From Felis catus (Eukaryota): a DNA stretch of 64,000 nucleotides. Of this stretch, positions 12,385 to 25,427 are shown piece by piece. Position 1 is the stretch's first letter. Each line of letters starts with the position of its first letter. The stretch spans positions 48,920,001 through 48,984,000 of the forward strand of contig NC_058368.1 of the NCBI RefSeq assembly GCF_018350175.1. Direction: 5' to 3'. The translations under genes were made by a program, and so were the position numbers. The notes below the pieces were generated by a model. It was not told the origin of the DNA and made no database searches. It was given only the letters and a program-made list of their open reading frames with translations.

Positions 12385-12569
12385 GCTCAGTAACTCATCA
12401 GTACCCTCATCAGTAACTTTTAAAACAAATATTTGAACACATTCTGTGTCCAGATTTTATTCATATTAAAGCACTTCTTTCCAATATCATTTAAACATTT
12501 TCCTGATCTCAAGGTACATATATTCTAGGACAGAGAGATGATAATAAATAAGTAAATTTAAAATGTGCA

Positions 12570-13123
12570 ATAAAACTTCTGATTTCAGAGGCACACCACT
12601 GAGTTCTCCCTTTGAATAGTCCTCCCTTTGAATGAAGCCAGGCTTGTGTTAAACCACCAAATATGACAAAAGTGAGGGGTGTCACTTTCATAATTATGTT
12701 CCATTATATTAGATTCCATTTAGAAGATTGTGGAGAGAGATTCTCCCGCTGGTGTTGAAGAAGCAAGCATCTATGTTGTAAGCTGTCTATGGAGAGGATC
12801 ACATAGTGATCCTCTAGACATGGTGACCTCTGGAACTGAATTGTGGCCTCCAGCTGTCAGCTAGTAAGAAGTGGGTACTCAGTCACATAGCTGCAAAGGG
12901 ATGAATTTTGCCAAAAACCAAGATGAGAATGAAAATTAATTCTTTCCCAATCAAGCTTCCAAATGAGAACACAGCAGGTCAACACCTTGATTATAGTCTT
13001 GTAAGACTCTAAGCTAAGTCAAACCTAGACTCCTGACCCACAGAAATTGTGAAGCAATAAACCTGTGTTGTTTTAAGCAACTAAAATTTTTATAATTTTT
13101 TTACACAGCAGTAAAAAACCAAT
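12570..13123 (+). mobile_element. MLT1 (F/G/H-like) solo LTR
   Basis: TTGAAGAAGCAAGC..GGCCTCCAGCTG..CTCCTGACCCACAGAAATTGTGA..AATAAA..TGTTGTTTTAAGC..ACACAGCA. Confidence 0.8.
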
Positions 13124-13493
13124 GGAAAACCAATAGAATCACCAATAGTGATGCATTTTATGAAAACAACAACCCCAAACCCCACACCAATCCCAAATAC
13201 TACATAACTAATTCAGTTTTGCATCCCTGTGGATGAAATTTTCACTCCTCTCAAGTTATTTTCCTACAGTTCAGGATATAAGATGATAGAATTATTCATA
13301 AAATAATTAAATTATATAGCAACAATGATAGCAAAACAGCCCATCTTATATTGCATCTCCATCTGGATAGCTGCTTCTAATAGAAATTTCTTTCTAATCT
13401 GGTCTTCTTTCTTTATTTTTTTAAAATAGCTGTACAACAAAATTAAGTGAACTATTTTTCCTTATTTTTTTTAAAAATAAGCTATTGTAATTT

Positions 13494-13696
13494 GAGGCAC
13501 ATAGGTGGCTCAGTCAGTTAAGTGTCCAACTTTTGATTTCAGCTCTGGTCATGATCTCATGGTTTGTGAGACAGAACCCTGGGTTGGGCTCTGCACTGCA
13601 GTGTGGAGCCTGCTTGGGATTCTCACCCTCTCCCTCTCTGCCCCTCCCCTGCTCACTCTTGCTCTTTCCCTCTCAAAATGAATAATAAACATTAAT
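13494..13696 (+). mobile_element. CanSINE
   Basis: GGTGGCTCAGTCAGTTAAG head; TSD AAAATAAGCTATTG(T/C)AATTT. Confidence 0.94.
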
Positions 13697-14134
13697 AAAA
13701 TAAGCTATTGCAATTTGACCCAGCAAATTGTAGTAATGAGGATATAGAGAAAAATAAACACTTATAGTCTATGGGCATTCTGTTCTAACAATTAAGAAAA
13801 TTCTAGTATTTCTTATCCTTAGAAATCATATAACAAAGACATTTTTCTTAAGAAAGTATAAACACAAAATATTTATAAGTAGATACAACTAAAATTATTT
13901 GGAAAATATTCCATTAAATTAACAACCTATGGTTGGGAGGTTTAGTACATTATTAATTTCTTAATATTAAAAAAAAGCCTTATTTCCCTTGGTGAATATC
14001 AAACTCATTCTTCTCTAAGGGCTTGTCTACATAACAGGAACATTTTGTTTCTGTACAAATGCAAATGGAAATATACCTGGGTGCAAATTTCTTAACAAGA
14101 AGGCTGTTAACTTACATGGAGCATTTTACTTATT

Positions 14135-14300
14135 AGTTTCTCAAATTCAATCTCTATCATCAGAAATTCTGATTCAGCAGGTCTGGGCAAAGACAAGGTT
14201 TCAGAAATGGGAATGAAGGAAAGTGGAAAGCCTGTGCCTCTGAGTTTTTATGAAGTCTTCTTGAGGATGCTAGTTTGTGACCTACTTTCTTCAGTTTATT
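14135..14300. mobile_element. Possible MER5A-like hAT-Charlie fragment
   Basis: CAGAAATTCTGATTCAGCAGGTCTGGG motif. Confidence 0.4.
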
Positions 14301-14522
14301 GAGTCTTAGTACAGTAGGTCTGATGAGAGAAGGAATGGTTTCTAGTTTCTGTGATGCTATAATCCAAGAACCAATTTCCTGCCACCATCTTTTAAATAAA
14401 ATTTGCTGTTTCAAGTTCCAAGAAGTCTCAGTAATTGATATCAATTATGTCCCTGCTTAGTAGATCTTTTCCTCCATTGGTGAAGTTAAATTCCTAGAAT
14501 ATAGAAGAGAATGGAAAGAAAC

Positions 14523-14524
<2 letters not shown>

Positions 14525-14562
<38 letters not shown>
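14525..14562. repeat. (GT)n microsatellite
   Basis: Read directly. Confidence 0.95.
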
Positions 14563-14564
<2 letters not shown>

Positions 14565-15108
14565 ATGCATTGATGGTTGGATGGATGATAGTAGGAGAAA
14601 AAAATTGTTAAATACTGTAACTGAAATATCCATGCTTAGGTATATAACCTGTACTCAATCTTCAGGTCACCTCCCCTATGATGTATCCTTCATTTCTTCG
14701 CAAAACCATGCTCTACTTTATCTTGGCTATCCTAGCACCCTGTAAATAACTCTCTACATGCGTCACAGTATTTTATAGCTGTCTTTCACCTCTGGTAGGG
14801 ATTTCACCCAGTCTGCCTGTGCAATCCTGAGTTCCTAGCACAGTATGTGGTATGGGGGAGGTTCTCAACACATGAAAGAAATTGGACTTGAAAAGTATCA
14901 GAAAGAGGTGAAAGTAGAAAAATATGTGGGTAAGAAAGAAGAAATGGCATATCAGATAGTATCAACCTTGATAACTTTTTCGGACTTCTTATTCATTTAG
15001 AGTTTGCAGCTTGAGGCTCTTTTTTCTTCCATTCATTACCCCCTATTTCTCCTACTTTACTTCTCATCCTACCATCCTGATATATAAAGTTTTAAAACTG
15101 ATAATGGG

Positions 15109-15725
15109 TGGTGCAGCCACTCTGGAAAACAGTGTGGAGGTTCCTCAAAAAATTAAAAATAGACCTACCCTATGACCCAGCAGTAGCACTGCTAGGAATT
15201 TACCCAAGGGATACAGGAATACTGATGCATAGGGGCACTCGTACCACAGTGTTTATAGCAGCACTCTCAACAGTAGCCAAATTGTGGAAAGAGCCTAACT
15301 GTCCCTCAACTGATGAATGGATAAAGAAATTGTGGTTTATGTACACAATGGAGTACTACATGGCAATGAGAAAGAATGAAATATGGCCCTTTGTAGCAAC
15401 GTGGATGGAACTGGAGAGTGTGATGCTAAGTGAAATAAGCCATACAGAGAAAGACAGATACTATATGTGTTCACTCTTATGTGGATCCTGAAAAACTTAA
15501 CAGAAACCCATGGGGGAGGGGAAGGGAAAAAAAAGAGGTTAGAGTGGGAGAGAGCCAAAGCCTAAGAGACTGTTAAAAACTGAGAACAAACTGAGGGTTG
15601 ATGGGGGGTGGGAGGGAGGGGAGGGTGGGTGATGGGTATAGAAGAGGGCACCTTTTGGGATGAGCACTGGGTGTTGTATGGAAACCAATTTGACAATAAA
15701 TTTCATATATTAAAAAAAAAGAAAA
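15109..15725 (+). mobile_element. 5'-truncated L1_Fc (ORF2 C-terminus plus 3' UTR)
   Basis: [21 protein letters not shown], poly(A); perfect TSD AAAACTGATAATGGG at 15094-15108 and 15726-15740. Confidence 0.96.
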
Positions 15726-15904
15726 AAAACTGATAATGGGGTTATTAATAGCTTTCCCAAAGTTGATAGAATTGTTTAAAGTCTAAACAATTATAACTGT
15801 CTTCTTTAGCACTTTATTCAGTAGGTAAAGTAGATGTAACCACTATCCTAGTGTGCATATGGATAAATGAAAGAGTATATTCTTTTAAGAGGGCACAACA
15901 CACC

Positions 15905-16120
15905 GACATTCTTGAGCATTTATTATATTCCAGGCACTGTGTTGAACACATACTTAGATTATTTCATGAGTCCTTCTATTAACCTATGAGTCAGGAATTA
16001 TATTTCACAAAGGAGAAAATAATATTACAGTGGTTGTATAAACGGCCCAAGGTCCCACAGCTGGTGAATAATGGAGCCAAAATTTGAATGCAGATCTATC
16101 CTAATAAATTCTAGTGCCTT
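15905..16120 (-). mobile_element. MIR
   Basis: TTGAGCATTTATTAT..CCAGGCACTGTG..GCCCAAGGTCCCACAGCTGGTGAAT..TTTGAA. Confidence 0.75.
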
Positions 16121-18429
16121 GTAGCCTAGACTGAACTTATTTGCAAGGGATACAGTAGAGAGCCACCTGTGCATTTTAACATATCAGAGAGGATGCACCT
16201 GTTGTGGGGAAGGTCTAGCCTAAGCTAACTCATTTATTTTGCTTTGCATATTTTGAATTTTTAGCACCCTCTCATTTTCATACAAGCTACCCACTCTATA
16301 CCCAAACTGTAATCTCCAAATTCTTGGCTAGTAAATGTCTCTCACAGCTAAAAATGCCCCATTTCTACTCTCAGAACATTTTAGCTTTATTTTACAATAT
16401 GTATTAATATATTTAGGTTTCAATGTCCCATCTTGACAGTAATTTGAATTAATATGCAAGATTTCCATACATATGAGGACTTAGCTTATGTACAGTCATC
16501 TATATTCATACCACATTAATCATTTCAATCTAATCTCCGAAATAAACCTTATATTCTAAACAGGACTATTTCCATTCCCTAAAGAAATCAAGTGAGTTTT
16601 TTGTCTCTATATCCTTTCTCACCAATTTTTCTGAAACACCTTTAAATATATGTTTAGCAAAATACTGTCCATCTTTCAAGGACCCACTAGAAAGTGCTCA
16701 TTTCTCTGCATTGAGTAAACATCAGGGAAAAAAGATGCTGACACTTCGTAGTCCTTCCTACCCAGATTCCTGGTGACTTTCAACCTTAAAGTTGTGTGGA
16801 TTGTAATGAATTTGGGATGTTCGAATGTGGGATATTTATTTATTCAGAATAAAGCAACCCTGTTTGCTAAAGAAACAGGAATACAGAGAACATGACTCAG
16901 GGTTCTGGAAGAAATATTGCTAAAAATTAATGGGCCTTCAGATCCTAGTCACCAGGTGAGTTGTTGGGTGGAATCTCAGTCCTATAAATGAAGTGAACTA
17001 CCAGAGAGGGTAAATAGGCTAAAGACACAGTGAAGAAACAAGGTCCTGAGGGGCAGGGACAAGAAAGAGATGAACAGAGAATGCTGTACTGAGACATCAC
17101 TCCAGCTCTGTACCTCTTGGCTACATCTGGTTTGTACATTAATTCTTTCATTCACTCAGTAATTCATTGAGCATTTATTATCATTTATGTGCCAGGAATT
17201 AACAGGAATAAAATGAATAAAATGCATGTCCTTAGAGTGAGGATGAAAGATAAATATTAGGGATTTAAGTTGAATAATATTCAATATTTTTCATGAATGG
17301 ACATTGAGTGGACACTCCTGGAAGTTTTATCTATCACTGACTCAGATCACTCGTACCAAGACATTATGAAGGACCAAAGACCATGCTTGCTTGCTTCCAG
17401 CTTTCTGAGTTAGAGTTCTCTCATGAGGATCAGCTGGCCCTGAGGCACTTGTCTAGGTAATTCTTCCACGTGACACATGTTGAATTAAAGGGATGGCTTG
17501 TCAAAATCATTTGAACTGTTAGAGGTGAAAAAGGTTGGGGACAAAGGGGTAAAATGGAAGTCTTGAGATTCCAGTTCTGGAATTCCATTATGGAATTTGA
17601 TATGAACCTTCCAACACATTTTCTGCCCCGATTAATGATGGGGTAGGAAATGGATAGGGCCTATCTAAGGCCTATCTCAGGGAAGGAATTGTGGGCATAA
17701 GTGATCTCAGCTTGAGCTGGAGTAGACAGTGGGACAAGGACAGTTCTGCTGTCGCTTCCTCCATAAATGGCCCAAACTGGAGTGCTGGTTTATCACACTT
17801 TGTTTACATCCACTTGCTACTTGCCTTGTACTGGGACTGTGACAAGAGAGGATGCAGCAGTGTTGGGTCCTCAGGCCAGAAGGGTTTAAAGGAAACTCAC
17901 TGCACTTCAAATATTAGTCCTGGGAGAAAATCAGGTAGTCTAGACTCTGCGCCCATCACAAACTCACGTGTTGTTGCTATGAGGCTTCCAAAAGAGAGGG
18001 GTGGGGAGCACATATCAGGGGCTTGGGCAAGGGTGGTGGTGGTAGTTTTCTTAGGAGACTTCCTCAACATAGCAGAGTCTTTTGTTAGAGACTCTGGCAT
18101 AGGAAAAAAGGAAATGATAAGGTCCAGGGTATTTGGACCCCTTCCAAACTATGCGGACATGAAGGGTGGGTCTCTGATTTTAAAGAAAAATACTGGATTA
18201 TTATTATTATTATAAGATTTGCATGCCTTTAGAATTCACCTCTCTCTTCCCCATGCCCACCTCCCTGTGTTGAGACTGAATTCTGACTAGGGAAAGTAGG
18301 CAGACCACTGCATTAAATGCAGGCAAAGCTGAATCCTGGTTGCATTAGATGGGCCTTAGGTCTGCAATGAATTCTCCCTCCTGGCATGTGTATACGAGCT
18401 CTGGGTTTGGAGGGCTCTTGGGACAACCT

Positions 18430-18858
18430 GAGCTGAACGTACATGGTCTTGTTCCTGCTCAGCTCCATCTTCCTCTCCAAACATCTGACTTCCTCATCCA
18501 ACTATGGCCTCAAATCGGGCCAAACATATTTCCATCAAGGCCTTTGTACATACTATGACCCTTGCCTAGAAAGCTCTTCTTGAAAATGTCCACACAGTTT
18601 ATTCCCTCACTGTAACACTCCTTTCAAAATTCATCTTATTGGAGAACACATCACCCTTTCTCCCTATTCTCTTCATTTTTCCCCATAGCCCTTTTTATGG
18701 CCTATCACTCTATGTATTTTCTTCGTTCATTTTGTTTCCCCACACCAGAATGCAAACTTCGTGGGGGGAAGGGGTTTGCTTTGTTCAGTGCTGTGTGCTC
18801 AGGACCTAGAACCATGCTTGGTACATAGTAGGTGCTCTGTAAATATTAGATGAATGTG
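18430..18858 (+). mobile_element. L2 3' region
   Basis: AGGCCTTTGTACAT..CCTAGAACCATGCTTGGTACATAGTAGGTGCTCTGTAAATATT. Confidence 0.75.
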
Positions 18859-19104
18859 TGCCTGGTCACCAAAATTTAGATGCAGTATGTAGATAATGAC
18901 CAAGACCTACAAAATGGTGGGACCAAGGTATTTGTCATGCTGTGTGTTTCAGGATTCTTTTAGGGAACATGCTAGGCCCGAGTCTACTCTGTGGGGTTGT
19001 TAAGAGACACATCCACAAGTAGCTGTGGTAGATGGACACAGGAGAAACAAAGCAGGGGGTGACATGTTGCATCATCTCTGACGATACACAAGCAGGTTTA
19101 TATT

Positions 19105-19220
19105 GCTAGATTATAAACTTCCTGGAGGTGCTTTTGTTACACTTAGGTTATCTTAATAGCAACTAGCCCAAGGCCATACATACATGCATACTCAATAACA
19201 CTTACTGAATGAATGAATAA
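19105..19220 (+). mobile_element. L2 3' end
   Basis: CTAGATTATAAACTTCCTGGAGG..CTCAATAA..TGAATGAATGAAT. Confidence 0.6.
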
Positions 19221-19527
19221 TTTGATGCTGAAATTACCAAGCTACATAGTTGGGAATTATTTAAAGAATATCTGTAAAATAACTTCCTTAAAATTACAGC
19301 TTGGGTTTAGATTTATTATAAAATGAACTATTATTCCATTTCAGGAATGAGATAGCGTTAACCTGAAACATGAGCCCACATAATATTCAATCAGATAAAT
19401 GGAACGTTCTGTCAAAGGACTGTGAGAATTAACTGAGTCGCCACATGGGAAGCATTTAAAACAACTGGATGCATAATAAGATCCCAGCGATGAGAAGCAG
19501 TTGTTAGTAGTAATAGTAGTGGTGGTG

Positions 19528-19530
<3 letters not shown>

Positions 19531-19566
<36 letters not shown>
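19531..19566. repeat. (TG)n microsatellite
   Basis: Read directly. Confidence 0.95.
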
Positions 19567-19569
<3 letters not shown>

Positions 19570-19769
19570 TTGTGTATTGTCTTCTCAAACATAGAGCAAA
19601 TCTTTTACAGTAGAGGCCATGTAATATATTTATAGGCACAAGGAAGAGGCTCAATACAAACATTTTGGATAAATGAATCAATTATTCCATTTGAAGAAGT
19701 TTTCTATCTGCAAAAAGCTTTGGAATAGTGTTGTTGCTACTACAGACAAAGAGAGATAAGGGAGGAAAA

Positions 19770-19990
19770 GCTTAGTTGTGTGCTGGAGAATGTGGACTTT
19801 AGGGTTTGATAGTGCTGGGTTTCAGTCCCATGCACTAGTTGTGTTTATGTGGAAAAATTACCTAATCTTTCTAGGATTCATCTCCCCTGTCTATAAAATG
19901 TCTAACAGTAACAATAACATGCCCTTCACAACCTTTTCAAGGACGAAGTAAGTATGGTGCAACATGCCCGGTGCAGTTCTTGCACTTGAT
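19770..19990 (+). mobile_element. MIR
   Basis: CTGGGTTTCAGTCCCA..ACTAGTTGTGT..AAATTACCTAATCTTTCT..TCTATAAAATG. Confidence 0.65.
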
Positions 19991-20009
19991 TTTGCCAATT
20001 GTTATAATT

Positions 20010-20199
20010 ATTTTTTAAATGTTTATTTATTTTGAGAGAGAAAGAGAGAGCAGGGGAGGGGCAGAGAGAGAATCCCAAGCAGGTTCCCCACTGTCAGCTC
20101 AGAACCTGACGTAGGGCTCGAACTCACGAACCATGAGATCATGACCTGAGCCGAAATCAAGAGTCAGACGCTTAACTGACTGAGCCACCCAGGCGCCCC
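20010..20199 (-). mobile_element. CanSINE
   Basis: Ends CTGAGCCACCCAGGCGCCCC; TSD GCCAATT(G/A)TTATAATT. Confidence 0.95.
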
Positions 20200-21779
20200 A
20201 GCCAATTATTATAATTCTTATAATCACTTAGGAATTCAGAGTTGTACCTTAGAAGAAGCACAGATATTTAACAATGTTAACATATAACATACTTCTTTCT
20301 CCCTCTTACAGTTTATGGAGTTGAGGACACCAACAATAAAACAGGTTAAGTCAGTAAGTATTTCTCCTTCATTCATTTGGAAATGCATCATGTTCTGTTT
20401 TGGGACCACTCCTGAATTCTTGTCTTACATTATTATGAAGAATTTCACTTGTGTGGCTTGTAATCTTGTAACAAATGAGGTTAGCAGTTGGTGGGGAGAC
20501 CGTGTCTCTGATTAGGTTAGAGTCCCAGCTGTGTCAGCCCCTGTCCCTTATATTGGGCATCCTGCTTCTGCAAAAAGTGACTTGACGGAGCTGTAGGCTG
20601 CACATTCTAAATTGGGGGCCCAGTCTCCCTACTTCTACCAGCAACAGAACCAGCAGGTCCATAAGCTGTCTGCAAAGCCATTTCCTCATGTGTCAAACGA
20701 ACACAACAACCTCAAGTGCTCTCAAAGGCCTGTTGTGAGATGGAAATGGGCTAATGTACGTGTGAGTGCTTGGTAAGCTGTCAAGTGGGGGGATAATTAC
20801 AAGGTAATATATGACTAATAAATCAACAATGATTTATTGATTGATGCCAGAGTGAGTGACTAATTTCATCAGGGCCTGAGGCATTTAGGAAGTTGTATTT
20901 GTGTCGTCTTTTCACAACTCCAAGGGCTTGAATTAAAATGCGTTTTTAAAAATGATTAACTTGAGAAAACTACCTCAGAGATACCGCATGCTCCCTTATG
21001 TGAAGTCTCACACTTAAATCTCATTTTTTGGTTATCCATCATCTTTGGGATTTCTGCTTACTTCATGTTAATATTAAAGAAAAATAACGAGTTTTTGGTT
21101 TAGCTCTGTCTCCTATGAGAGGGTTGCGAGAGAATATTTACTACTCAGATGGTTGAGACGAACCAAAATACGCATTTGGTCCTCTATTAAGGACACATGA
21201 TGGCCACGATCAAAAAGAAAAATGTGGTGGCATATTGCCTGTAATCATTTCAGATGCTAGAGTGTTGTCACAGACTGACTACCTCAAGCAGTAGAGAAAC
21301 CAGCTGTTATTAAATACTTCTGTTACCCATGGTTTTTAAAAAAATCATCATGCATGCAGTATGACTGGTCATTTTTCTCTGACATCTAAATCTATTACCA
21401 ATGTAATGACCAAACCCTTTCCTATAACACAATGAGGATCATTGTCTTTCATGAGAGTTTCTGTCTTTCATGAGAGTCAATATTTGCTGATAATAAATTT
21501 CTTAAAACATTGTTTCAGTGCAAGGTGTCACATACCACTGAAATAAGGAAAACTCCTGAAAAACAAGATCCATAAAAACCATCAGCATCTGCTTTCCTAG
21601 ATGGAGAGCTGAAAGCATAAAATTATAGAACGTGCAAAAGTATTTTCTTTTTTTTTTTTGTATGAAAAATTTCAAGCCAATGTCCACAAATTGCAGTTGG
21701 TCGTTTTAGCTCTGTACCTACTTTGAGCCTCCCTTCCACCCCTTTTCTTCACACGATGGACTTATTACTAAAACGGGAT

Positions 21780-22260
21780 TTATTGTTGTAGAATTCCTCA
21801 TATCTTAGATCTGTCTGTTTGCTTTCTTGTGGTGCCATTTAATTTGTTCCTCTGTCTTCCATATGTTCTCTAAATGAAAATCCACTCTAGAAGCTTGAAT
21901 AGATAATGGCACACAGCTTTTTGCTGGGGTACTTACTACAAAATGCTGTGAGCCTCACATTATGTTGTATCAGGAGAAACCACATTTCTGGTTTCCTGTG
22001 TTCAGTGGGACAGCCAGACCCTTCACTGTAAAGTTCCGATTGTCTTTTCACCTAATGCTTTTATCTACTGATGATTATTGCTTGAATCAGCTATTTCATC
22101 AAGGGCTGCACAACATAGTTTCTAATTCTATCATTCCTATCATATATATGCGTTGGCTGCTATTGATTTCAAAAAAATAACTTTTTCACATCATTTAAGG
22201 TTATTTGGTTATCCTGAAACACGGTTTTTACAGAAAGGCAAGATAAATGACTCTTTTTCT
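21780..22260 (-). mobile_element. Ancient L1MC-type 3' fragment
   Basis: TTGTAGAAT..TTTAATTTGTTCCTCTGTC..TATCAGGAG..CACAT motifs. Confidence 0.5.
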
Positions 22261-22299
22261 TCTAATTGTCAGCTTTCAGAGGAGTAGCTAGTGCTGCCA

Positions 22300-22975
22300 A
22301 ATCCACGGTTTGAGTCTAGGTTTGCCCTCCATTTTCACTGCCACAGCCTTGGTTTTGTATGGCCCACATTGCCCTTTGATTGTGCCACTGCCGTGACGTC
22401 AATAGTTTCTTCCCCTAAATTTGTTTCCATTCTCCCTCTATTCGTCGATTACTACCAAAATGGTGCCTCTAGACCTGCAATGGATTCTGATTGCCTTCAG
22501 AATAAAAGCTGGTGTACCTTGGTAGGACACTTGAAACCTTGTGATTGCCCATCAACCTACCTGTCTACTCTCAATGGCCACCATACTCCAGGAACATCAG
22601 GAAGCTCAACAAACATGCCTTGCATTTCCCTTCATGCTTCTTATAGGTCCCCTTCAATGGCAATACCATCTGTCTACTGTTTTCTCCGTAAATCCTACTG
22701 ATCCTTCAAGACTCAATTCTTGTGCAACTTTTCCAGCGAAGCCTTAGTTGAACCAATCTCCTAACATCTCTTAACACAAAGTGATCACTCTCCCCTCTGA
22801 ATTGCCATGACATTTCCAAGAACCTTGATTTTGACAACTGTTGCTATAGCCGTCTTCCCTCCTTCTCTACTTGGTTGCACATGTGAATCTCCCTTAAACG
22901 AAATCACACATTCTAAGAAGCTTTGCTTGTGCAACCTTTATATCCCTTCTATGTCGTGGTGCTCAGAATATTATT
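22300..22975 (+). mobile_element. Degraded L2
   Basis: AAATCCTACTGATCCTTCAAGACTCAA and related L2 3' motifs. Confidence 0.55.
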
Positions 22976-23089
22976 ATGGAATTATTTTGCATGTGACTGC
23001 TTTTGGTTCAATGCTTTTAGGTCCATGTGCAGTTGGCATAACGAAAAATAGTTACATTTTGATAATCATGACCAAATATTTTATCAAAA

Positions 23090-23330
23090 TATATTGAGTA
23101 CTTAGGAATCAGGCACCATGTTCAATGCTTTACAGGCCTCACTGTACTTATTCATCACAACTTCTCTGTGGAATATGTTCTGCTCTTATCTCCATGTTAT
23201 CAAAGAGGAAACTGAGATTTAGAGAAATGACTTAACTTGCCAAGACATAAACCAGTGAAAGGAAGAACCATGATTCAAATCCAGTGAGTTCTGAAAAAGA
23301 CCTATGTCTACAACATCACATTAAATGCCT
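23090..23330 (-). mobile_element. MIR
   Basis: GAGGAAACTGAG..AGAGA..TAACTTGCCAAGACA core. Confidence 0.8.
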
Positions 23331-24654
23331 CCCTCCCCCAAGACTGCTGAAGGAAAGAACTGATGTGAGGTGTGAGAAAGTCATTACATGTCAATAACTT
23401 GGTATGGGCTCCATAAGTTGAGAAACAAAATTTTGTACAAACGTTTGCAGTTTTATTAGGGAGAATAATTCCTGTAGCAGACACTTAAAGGTAAGCCCAG
23501 GAATACCATAAAATGGTAAATAAGTAAAATTTGGAAGAAAAGGAAGGCAATTTTAAAAGAAGTATTCTGAATTCATTAGAGATTTTCCATCACTTTTAAA
23601 ATTTAGATTTTTTAGTATACTGACAATTTATTACTTAAAGAAGATGAAGTAATAGTTCTAAGAGAGAAACTACACAAACTTTAAATTTTGGCACATCTAT
23701 TCAATAAATATACCAATGAATATTTATTCTGTGCCAAGTGTTGTGAGAAGATAGAAAATTATAGAAAGTGTCTACACGTTGCTTATATTCTAATAGAGAG
23801 GATAAGAAATACACTTGGCAGTGGACAAAAGCTAGCAATAACCCATCACTGCTATAGCAGGGTTCCAGTTCCAGTCATAACTTCTGTGGGAAATCTCTGG
23901 AAGGAGAGAAAACGCCATGCTATTGATGCATAGTAAATGGATTTTTGTTGAAGAAAACAACTGGTCACAAAGTTAAAGAAATATGGACAGTTTTCCTGTG
24001 ATCGGTCTTGTATCTTATATAATTATTTAAAAGACTTGAAAAAAAAAGTCCCTTTTCTGTGCCTTAGGCTCAGTTAGTTAACTAATCAATATGTCCAGTT
24101 TGGTTGGAATTGTATGAGAAAATCATACAGTTTTAAAACATCTCCACCGTTCCAATAAAATTACAAATGATGAGGTCTGTAAAAAAAATTACAGTGAAGA
24201 GCTTTTAATACCTTCATAATGAAAACCTTAACTCGATCTGGTGTATGAGTACTCCATGAGATACTGCCTCATGTTTAACAACAACAACAAAAAACTAAAA
24301 CACACTGTCATGACAGACAGAGTAATTCTGGGCTTTGCCTTCCACTTTTTAAGAACTAGCTATTATTGAGGTTCTGTACAAGTCAATGTCTGTTATTTAA
24401 ATTGAGTAACTACATTACCTTTAAAGTATGTCATTAAATATCATCTCATTTAAGCACAGGCTAATAATGAGAAGATAGTGGAGAGTTCTCTGATTAGTGC
24501 AAGTCTGTGTAAAGGTTTATCACTGTATGGTAAAAAGAAATGAAATGTTCCCACTCATAGCTAGACCATACTTTCCTACTGCTATTTAGACTTTTGGCAG
24601 TCACATTAAGAGAGGAGAGTATTTATTTTTCCAGAAATGAATAAATAGGACAGA

Positions 24655-24780
24655 ATTCATTCATCTAACAAGTATTTATTTTTTAAGCACCTACTATGTA
24701 CCAGGCACAGTGTCAGGTGCTGAGGAACAGAATTGTGCTCAGACAAGGTCTCTGCTCTCATGGAGTTTCCAGTTTGGGGA
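24655..24780 (-). mobile_element. L2 3' end
   Basis: ATTCATTCATCTAACAAGTATTTATT..GCACCTACTATGTACCAGGCACAGTG..CTCTCATGGAG. Confidence 0.8.
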
Positions 24781-24956
24781 GCAGGGTAAAATAAGGTATA
24801 AGATGCTGCCATGGGGCTCTTTCTGTCCTTGTTCTTCTCTTAAATGTAAGAAGAACATGAGGACTACTAAGTAACTATATCCTTAAGGAAGGCAAAGACC
24901 ACACATGAATCAGATGCCAGGTGTAAATAATTTCTGCCATAACCAGCATCTGCTCC

Positions 24957-25427
24957 TGTTAAAGAAAAAAATATTCTATGACACTTGTTAAAGATGCTGA
25001 GGCAGACTGTATTCAGGACCATGGTGACCAACGGTGTAAACACCTTTGGAATGGAATTTTACAGAAGGGGGGAGAGATTGGGTTCAACTCCAAATGCAGC
25101 ATGGGCAAGTAGGAATGTGTGGTCAAGGAGCAGAGTGGGGGTCGTAGATAAATGGGATCAGGAGTAAGGAGGGATTTTGGTTAAACTGATCCATCAGAAT
25201 TCTTTGCTAAAGACAGGTCAGGATAGTCAGTCATCACCTGAGGGATGGTGGAGATTGAAGAACCTGGTCAGATAGGGAGGGTGATCAAACATTGGGGGTT
25301 CTGATTAAACTGACTTAGCAGGGCTTTTTTTTTTTTTCTAACACTAGATTTATGTGGAAGTGTCCAGATGGGCTTGAGGAAGGTTCAGGAGTCTGACTAA
25401 AGTTTGGTTAAACAAACTATGTTTGCA
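24957..25427 (-). mobile_element. MER31-like ERV1 solo LTR
   Basis: TG..CA ends; TGTTAAAGAAAAAA..GACACTTGTTAAAG..GAGAGATTGGGTTCAACTCC..CAGCATGGGCAAG matches recalled MER31. Confidence 0.75.

Noticed and set aside
17691..18215. 174-aa ORF in unique sequence
   Set aside because: GTG start, no recognisable domain and no clear splice frame. Its length is within chance range for locally higher GC.
21443..21477. Direct repeat TGTCTTTCATGAGAGT, two copies
   Set aside because: An ordinary short tandem duplication with no inserted element between the copies.
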